From: Granulicella sp.
GTDB lineage: Bacteria; Acidobacteriota; Terriglobia; Terriglobales; Acidobacteriaceae
Assembly (NCBI GenBank): GCA_027452215.1
Contig: DAIDGQ010000023.1
Location: 780-64,779, forward strand
Length of the DNA stretch: 64,000 nt
Direction: 5' to 3'
The position numbers and the translations under genes were made by a program. Shown one piece after another: positions 58,405 through 64,000 of the stretch. Positions within the stretch are counted from its first letter, which is position 1, and every line of letters begins with the position of its first letter. The notes beneath the pieces were generated by a model. That model searched no databases. It was not told the DNA's origin and was given only the letters and a program-made list of their open reading frames with translations.

Positions 58405-60114
58405 ATGCGTAAGACTAAGTTGAATAGCGGCGGCTTCTTTGTAAACGACGAAGACCGGCAGATGCTGGTTCTAGGTTACCGGGGCACGCTGCAGCCGGAC
58501 CGTCATTCGTGCGGGGGTGAGAGCGAGGCAATTGCGAGTGACGGATCAGTTTGCGTGGGATCACCTCCGCAGATGGAGGGTCTGATTGCGCCGTTGCTCG
58601 TCGGAGCGCTGCATGGACTGGACCGTCGAGTGCCAAGTCGACATAGGGCTTTAGGCGGGGAGGCGATTTCTGTCGATGGCTTACTCGAACTGCTTCTGGA
58701 GCGACTACAAGGGATTTTGACGTTGCCAGTTGCAGCTTGCCTTGCACGAGGGGAGGCCTCGACGGCCGCGATAGAGCTCTCTCTTCGAGTTGAATTTCCG
58801 AGGCTTGCTCCGCTGTTGCAGCAAGCAGTTTCTGAGTGGGTGGCAGCAACGGCGACGTTTCACGAGCGGCTGCATCGGGACAGAACTCGGTTGGCGAGGT
58901 GGCTAGGTTTTGCAACCCTTCCCCCCGTGGAATCTGTGGCGGGGACTACCTCCGATACACATCCAGGTGGACATGGGGTGCTACGGGTTATTTTCAAAGG
59001 CGGCCGCAGCGTTTATTACAAGCCTCGCTCCATAAGCGGGGAGTGGCTCTGGCATCGGCTCTTGGAAATAATTGCCGAGATGGATCCAGCATTGCGTTTG
59101 CAAGCGGGAAGGGTGCTGGAGGGTAGCAGGCCGGATCGATATGGCTGGGCGGAATCTGTATTGGTGCGAGGACACGCAGATGGCCCCGCTGATGGGATTG
59201 GATACTGGCACGCTGCCGGTGCGATGTTGTGCCTGGCGCATCATGTCAGTCTGACGGACTTGCACCTTGGCAATGTGCTTGCTACAGCGAATGGTCCTGC
59301 CGTTACGGACGCAGAATGTCTTGGAGTGCCGCGCTTACACGATGTTTCTGGCCGCAGGCCTCCCCGCGAGAATGAGCCTGTCGCATGCTTCTTTGAGGCT
59401 CTGATGTGCACTGGGCTGCTTCTGGACCGAGGTGTTCGGGACGTGCCGGATGTATCGGGGCTGTTTGGATCTGGGGGACCGGTGTCGGACTTAGGGCTGC
59501 CGCAGTGGATTTTGGAGCCTGATGGACGTTGTCGCATGATGGTGGCACCGGCGGCACTTCTGGAGCATGGCAATGCCCCGAACAGGGTGTCTATGCTTGC
59601 GGTGTTGCCCGAGCTGTTGGCAGGATATCGTCACGCTGCAGGTGTACTGTTGCGCAGTCGGAAGGCGCTCATCTCAACGGGGTCTCGCTGGCGCTTCGTT
59701 CTCGAGAGGAATCATGCGCCCCGGATAGTGATTCGCGATACGTTCCGCTATAGCCTTTTGCTGAGTCGTTTCCTGGAGCCGAGGTATCTTCGCGCGGGAG
59801 GTGTGCGACAGAGCGATCTTCGCAGAGTTCTTGAATCGGATACCTCGGCGGCGTTTCCCAAAGCACTTTTGCGCGCAGAGGTGCATGCGCTGGAAAGGCT
59901 GCATATTCCGCGATTGATTGCATTGCCTGGCACTCGAACACTTGCAAGCGGGTCGGGGCGTGCCCTGGCCAGGAACTTTGCGGCCTGCACTCCGTCAGAG
60001 GAGGTCATTCGCCGAATGGAGGAGCTATCTGCGGAGTTGGTTGAGGCGGTCCATGTTCCAGCGCTTGTGTTGGCGATGCTCCGTTCGGGGGCTCGTTCGC
60101 AGCGAGATCACTGA
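58405..60114 (+). CDS. Stand-alone LanM-type dehydratase domain (DUF4135), no LanC cyclase domain
   Basis: SDTHPGG..V....F..G..VYYKPR, YGWAE.V, TDLHLGN, P.VTDAECL, RIVIRDT..Y; the protein stops at 569 aa. Confidence 0.85.
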   Translation: MRKTKLNSGGFFVNDEDRQMLVLGYRGTLQPDRHSCGGESEAIASDGSVCVGSPPQMEGLIAPLLVGALHGLDRRVPSRHRALGGEAISVDGLLELLLERLQGILTLPVAACLARGEASTAAIELSLRVEFPRLAPLLQQAVSEWVAATATFHERLHRDRTRLARWLGFATLPPVESVAGTTSDTHPGGHGVLRVIFKGGRSVYYKPRSISGEWLWHRLLEIIAEMDPALRLQAGRVLEGSRPDRYGWAESVLVRGHADGPADGIGYWHAAGAMLCLAHHVSLTDLHLGNVLATANGPAVTDAECLGVPRLHDVSGRRPPRENEPVACFFEALMCTGLLLDRGVRDVPDVSGLFGSGGPVSDLGLPQWILEPDGRCRMMVAPAALLEHGNAPNRVSMLAVLPELLAGYRHAAGVLLRSRKALISTGSRWRFVLERNHAPRIVIRDTFRYSLLLSRFLEPRYLRAGGVRQSDLRRVLESDTSAAFPKALLRAEVHALERLHIPRLIALPGTRTLASGSGRALARNFAACTPSEEVIRRMEELSAELVEAVHVPALVLAMLRSGARSQRDH

Positions 60115-60237
60115 GTCTGATTTTGCTCTTAACCATTTGCTTGTTGTGTGCGACTCTGGGTGCATGATAGGATGCAGCCACTCCTGTGGCGCATCTACAG
60201 GCTAATTACAACATTTCCAAGCATCGAAAGGAAGATT

Positions 60238-60441
60238 ATGACAAATCTTGAGCGTCTGCAGGGAGCTGGACTGATTGAAGTAAACCATCCTCTCACTACC
60301 GATGAAATCAGCAATATCAATCAATTGAGCTCTGCCGAAGTGGATGCGATTATTTCCGTACGCACTAAGCTTGGCGACGATTTCTTTACTCGTAAAGTAG
60401 AGGTTGGTGGATCCCATCGCATGGGGACGATGGTTTTTTGA
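60238..60441 (+). CDS. 67-aa peptide, candidate RiPP precursor or small partner protein
   Basis: RBS AAAGGAAG; MTNLERLQGAGLI...LSSAEVDAIISVRTKL...VEVGGSHRMGTMVF; no Cys. Confidence 0.8.
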   Translation: MTNLERLQGAGLIEVNHPLTTDEISNINQLSSAEVDAIISVRTKLGDDFFTRKVEVGGSHRMGTMVF

Positions 60442-60475
60442 GGCGATAGAAATCTGTTCCAAGGAGCGGTACTGA

Positions 60476-61228
60476 GTGACTGCAATTCAGGATAAAACTG
60501 AAATGACTACACAAAGCCAACGGCTTCGTAATGTTCTATCGCTCGCACAAAAGGGTCTTACATCACGGATTCAGGAGGTGTGGTTCCATCCGAGGTTCGG
60601 AGAGTTATATCCAGAGTTCTTATTCGCGATGTATGGCGTAACTGTTGCATCGGCTCCTGCGATGCGTCTCGCGGCGCGTTGCTGTGCCGAAGCAGGGACC
60701 TCTGACCCCCTGAACGAGTGGCTGCAAGAGTATTATCTGGAGCACGCTTCTGAAGAGGATGATCATGCGGACTGGCTTCTCAGCGATCTGCGTTCCCTTG
60801 GCGTGGCACGGGAACGCGTCCTTGAGCGGCTGCCTTATCCGAGTATTGCAGCGCTGGTTGGTTCGCAGTATTACTGGATGCAGCATGTTCATCCGGTCGC
60901 CTATCTTGGCTTCATCGCGGTACTGGAGGCCCCTACGCATATAGAGTTTTTGCGGGAGGTGTCAGAGCGAAGCGGCATTCCTTTGGCTAGTATGTCCTGC
61001 CATGCGAGGCATGCAGAGCTTGATCTTGGACATGTGGCTGAGTTTGATGCGACTCTGGATGCACTCCCGCTGACCCCAAAGCATCGGGATCTGATCACGG
61101 TAAGCGCGATTACGACCATTGGTCACATGGAGCGAGTATTTGTGGATATACTGGAACACTTCGAGCGCATCCGCAACCCGGTAAACGCCACCACGATTTT
61201 TACCTCTGGCGATACCGTTCTCGTTTGA
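60476..61228 (+). CDS. Heme-oxygenase-like diiron oxidase (iron-containing redox enzyme family)
   Basis: RBS AAGGAG; EHASEEDDH, LG.IAVLE and HAELD.GH metal-ligand motifs; all-helical character. Confidence 0.85.
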   Translation: MTAIQDKTEMTTQSQRLRNVLSLAQKGLTSRIQEVWFHPRFGELYPEFLFAMYGVTVASAPAMRLAARCCAEAGTSDPLNEWLQEYYLEHASEEDDHADWLLSDLRSLGVARERVLERLPYPSIAALVGSQYYWMQHVHPVAYLGFIAVLEAPTHIEFLREVSERSGIPLASMSCHARHAELDLGHVAEFDATLDALPLTPKHRDLITVSAITTIGHMERVFVDILEHFERIRNPVNATTIFTSGDTVLV

Positions 61229-61253
61229 TCCCGCGTTTGACTGAGTGTGATTA

Positions 61254-63668
61254 ATGTTGACCGCCATCCCAGGTAATCAGCTGCTTCACTATCGCCTGAT
61301 TCGAAAGATCGGCGAAGGCGGCATGGGTGTTGTCTTTGAGGCGGAGGATATCCGCTTGGGACGCACGGTGGCTATCAAGCTGTTACAGCCATCGATCTCA
61401 GAGAATCCGGAAGTGAGACAGCGCTTTCTGAGGGAGGCACGCGCGGCGTCGGCACTCGACCATCCAAACCTTTGCACGATCTATACAGTAGAGGAGATGT
61501 CGGACGGCTCACTTCTATTGGTGATGGCGTGCTATCGCGGTCAGACGCTGGCAGAGTTATTGCAAAAGGGCGGCGCATTGGATGCTGCGCGCATCCGGGA
61601 TGTTGGGCGGCAAACGGCTGCCGGGTTGCATGCGGCGCACATGTCAGGAATCGTCCATCGTGACATAAAGCCAGGGAACATATTCGTTCTCAATTCTGGC
61701 ACGGTAAAGATTCTTGATTTTGGTCTGTCGCGCGTGGCGGACCAGAGTCAGTTAACTGCGCCGCATCAAGTGATGGGTACGCTGGCCTATATGCCTCCAG
61801 AGCAACTTGCGGGGGATACGATCGACCATCGAGCGGATATATGGGCGCTGGGAGCGGTGCTTTACGAGATGGCGGCGGGGCATCCGCCATTTCAGCAGTC
61901 GACGACGGCGGCGATGATGGCAGCTATCACTGAGTGCCGTTACATCCCTTTGAACGATGTTCGACCGGATCTTCCGAAGTCTATCTTTTTAGCGGTTGAG
62001 CGAGCATTGCGTTTGGAGCGGCATGAGCGCCATTCTTCTGCGGCAGATCTGCTCAATTTACTGAATGAGGAGTTGGGCATAAATCCTGTAGAAGAGAATC
62101 AGTCAGCCAGACTGGCACCGACGGCGATGTTTGCCACTTCGGGATCAAGTGCGCATTCTGCTCCGACGGATATGGTAGTGCCGCGAGCCGGCAATAGCTC
62201 CAGGCTTTACGCAGGCCGAGAAGCGACGCCCCCCGGCACCGCGCAGCGCGGAGCCGGAATGTCTATCGCAGTGCTTCCATTGCGCAACATCAGTTCTGAT
62301 CCGGAGAACGAGTATTTCAGTGACGGGTTGACGGACGAATTGATCTCTTCATTGGGGACGCTGACTGGACTGCGAGTTGTGTCGCGTACATCGGCGTTTT
62401 CATTCAAGGGTACGACGCAGAATATTCGTGAGATCGGGGAGGCTCTCAACGTCGAGGTGATTCTTGAAGGCAGTGTGCGGCGCTCGGGAGCACGAGTCCG
62501 CGTCACTACTCAGCTTACGCAGGTGCGGCATGGCTTTCCTCTTTGGTCGGCGCGATTCGATAGAGAAATGTCCGACGTATTTGAGTTACAGGATGAGCTT
62601 GCATCGTCGGTGGTATCCGCCTTGCGGGATAAACTCGCAATGAACCTGGATGTCGCCGATCTGCAGATAAGGACGCCGATGCAGGCGGACGCGTATGAAG
62701 CCTACCTAAAAGGCCGCTATCACTGGAATCGAAGAAGTCCCGAAGATATTCAGCTTGCAGGTCGCTATTTTGAGCGGGCTTTGAAATTGGATCCGCAGTC
62801 CGCTGCGGCTCATGCAGGTATAGCTGATTTTTATTGTCTGCAGGGCACTTTTGGAGGGATGAATCCGCACGACGCGTGGGCGCTTGCGCGTTCTTCTGCG
62901 CGGCGAGCCGTTGCGCTCGATCCGGGGCTACCGGAAGGGCATCTGGCCCTCGCCTCCGTCTTCCATTTTTACGACTGGGATTGGGAGAAAGCCCGATATC
63001 ACATGGTGAAGGCCATCGAACTTCAGCCACAGCGTGGAGAGTCTTATTATCTCTATGCTGCGTATCTGATGACACAGGGCTTGCTGGAAGAAGCCCTTGA
63101 GCAGACGCATCGAGGGCTCGTTTGTGACCCACTTTCTACGCCGTTACTCGCTGAAGAGGCGCTAGTTCGAGCATACCTAGGGGATCACGACAGCAGCATT
63201 TTGCTGGCGCAGGCTGCACTCGCATCTGCGCCGCACTATGTTGAACTCTATTATGCCCTGGGCATTGCACAGAATCTTGCGGGCCGTCCGCATGAGGCGG
63301 TACAGACCTTCGAACGCGGTATCGAGCATAGTCATATGCCTATTTTTATGGGGTGGTTGGTGGAAGCGCATGTACAGAATGGTAATCCGGAAAAGGCTCA
63401 TACGGTGTTTGAGCAAATGTTGGAGCTTGCGAAAAGCGGGAATGCAATGCCGCTTCCACTTGCTATTGCCGCTGCGTCTCTCGGCGACGTTGAGCTTGCC
63501 TTTACATGGCTCGAGAAGGCAGTGGCGCAGCGGGATATCCTGGTCGCATATATTGCGGTGTTGCCCAGTGTAAGAAAGCTTCATGGCGAGCCGCGCTATC
63601 AAAGGTTGCTTGACCGAATGAACCTTCGACATCCTTCCACACAGCGGAGGCACCATGTTGCTCGGTAG
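61254..63668 (+). CDS. Ser/Thr protein kinase with TolB-N-like and TPR domains
   Basis: IGEGGMG.V, AIK, HRDIKPGN, DFGL, YMPPE; SIAVLPL.N.S.DPENEYFSDGLTDELI; TPR repeats. Confidence 0.95.
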   Translation: MLTAIPGNQLLHYRLIRKIGEGGMGVVFEAEDIRLGRTVAIKLLQPSISENPEVRQRFLREARAASALDHPNLCTIYTVEEMSDGSLLLVMACYRGQTLAELLQKGGALDAARIRDVGRQTAAGLHAAHMSGIVHRDIKPGNIFVLNSGTVKILDFGLSRVADQSQLTAPHQVMGTLAYMPPEQLAGDTIDHRADIWALGAVLYEMAAGHPPFQQSTTAAMMAAITECRYIPLNDVRPDLPKSIFLAVERALRLERHERHSSAADLLNLLNEELGINPVEENQSARLAPTAMFATSGSSAHSAPTDMVVPRAGNSSRLYAGREATPPGTAQRGAGMSIAVLPLRNISSDPENEYFSDGLTDELISSLGTLTGLRVVSRTSAFSFKGTTQNIREIGEALNVEVILEGSVRRSGARVRVTTQLTQVRHGFPLWSARFDREMSDVFELQDELASSVVSALRDKLAMNLDVADLQIRTPMQADAYEAYLKGRYHWNRRSPEDIQLAGRYFERALKLDPQSAAAHAGIADFYCLQGTFGGMNPHDAWALARSSARRAVALDPGLPEGHLALASVFHFYDWDWEKARYHMVKAIELQPQRGESYYLYAAYLMTQGLLEEALEQTHRGLVCDPLSTPLLAEEALVRAYLGDHDSSILLAQAALASAPHYVELYYALGIAQNLAGRPHEAVQTFERGIEHSHMPIFMGWLVEAHVQNGNPEKAHTVFEQMLELAKSGNAMPLPLAIAAASLGDVELAFTWLEKAVAQRDILVAYIAVLPSVRKLHGEPRYQRLLDRMNLRHPSTQRRHHVAR

Positions 63669-64000
63669 AGTAAGGTCCGTTTACGACGCGAGAACGCTCC
63701 AGCTGCAGAGCTATATTGCTTATGAGACTCTGCCTGTGCCACCCGCACACAATATGCAGGATGAGACAACCACATGGCCGATGCTCGCCAACAATATGTT
63801 TAATTGTTGTACGTCTGCGGCAGCTGGACATATGGTGCATCATTGGACGGCGGCAAATCAGCATGGCGTATTTCTCACGGACCAAGATATTATTCGAGCG
63901 CATGCCCAACTGACAGGGGACCATCTGATGAATTGCGTCTCAATGCTGGATGCGCTAAAGTTTTGGCGCAAGACCGGTATCGGCGATCACCGCATTCATT
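63655..64000 (+). CDS. Putative papain-like cysteine peptidase, 3' end runs off the window
   Basis: Not in the ORF track. RBS GGAGG at 63646-63650, ATG 63655, open to the window end: MLLGR....D.RTL.L..Y....LPVPP...WPMLANN..NCCTSAAAGH...LDALKFWRKTGIG. The family call is pattern recall. Confidence 0.6.
   Translation, partial: MLLGRVRSVYDARTLQLQSYIAYETLPVPPAHNMQDETTTWPMLANNMFNCCTSAAAGHMVHHWTAANQHGVFLTDQDIIRAHAQLTGDHLMNCVSMLDALKFWRKTGIGDHRIH

Noticed and set aside
58405-61228. Conventional class II lanthipeptide cluster
   Set aside because: No LanC cyclase domain, no Cys in the peptide and no LanT transporter within the window.

Overview
GC-rich bacterial chromosomal window. The gene set (TIGR03435-like protein, PQQ-like propeller with Ig tail, NHL/Ig-repeat surface protein, REP-type repeats) points to Acidobacteriota (Acidobacteriaceae-like); this is inference. 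Bases 1-43,100 are mostly housekeeping and accessory genes: a GH57 branching-enzyme-like gene, mnmA, ffh, adjacent xerD/xerC, secA, mobA, nadE, peptidases, MFS and ABC transporters, an ECF sigma module and a type II toxin-antitoxin pair. After about 43,100 the composition looks different and three notable modules follow. (1) An ~1,800-aa NHL/Ig-repeat surface protein with an unusual C-terminal membrane hairpin and internal lipobox. (2) An operon joining a Cyc2-like cytochrome-porin, a Rieske protein and a cytochrome b fused to four c-type heme domains, a candidate outer-membrane-to-quinone electron conduit. (3) At the right end, a candidate undescribed RiPP-like locus: stand-alone LanM-type dehydratase domain (no cyclase), a Cys-free 67-aa peptide ending GG-SHRMGTMVF, a heme-oxygenase-like diiron oxidase, a Ser/Thr kinase-TPR protein and a papain-like ORF that the ORF track missed. 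Other signals: a SecM-like leader ORF upstream of secA, a tandem duplicated candidate sRNA, G-run heptamer repeats that supply stop codons and sit in-frame inside xerC, and many apparently leaderless genes. No rRNA, tRNA or CRISPR array was recognised. All family calls come from motif recognition by eye, with no database searches.
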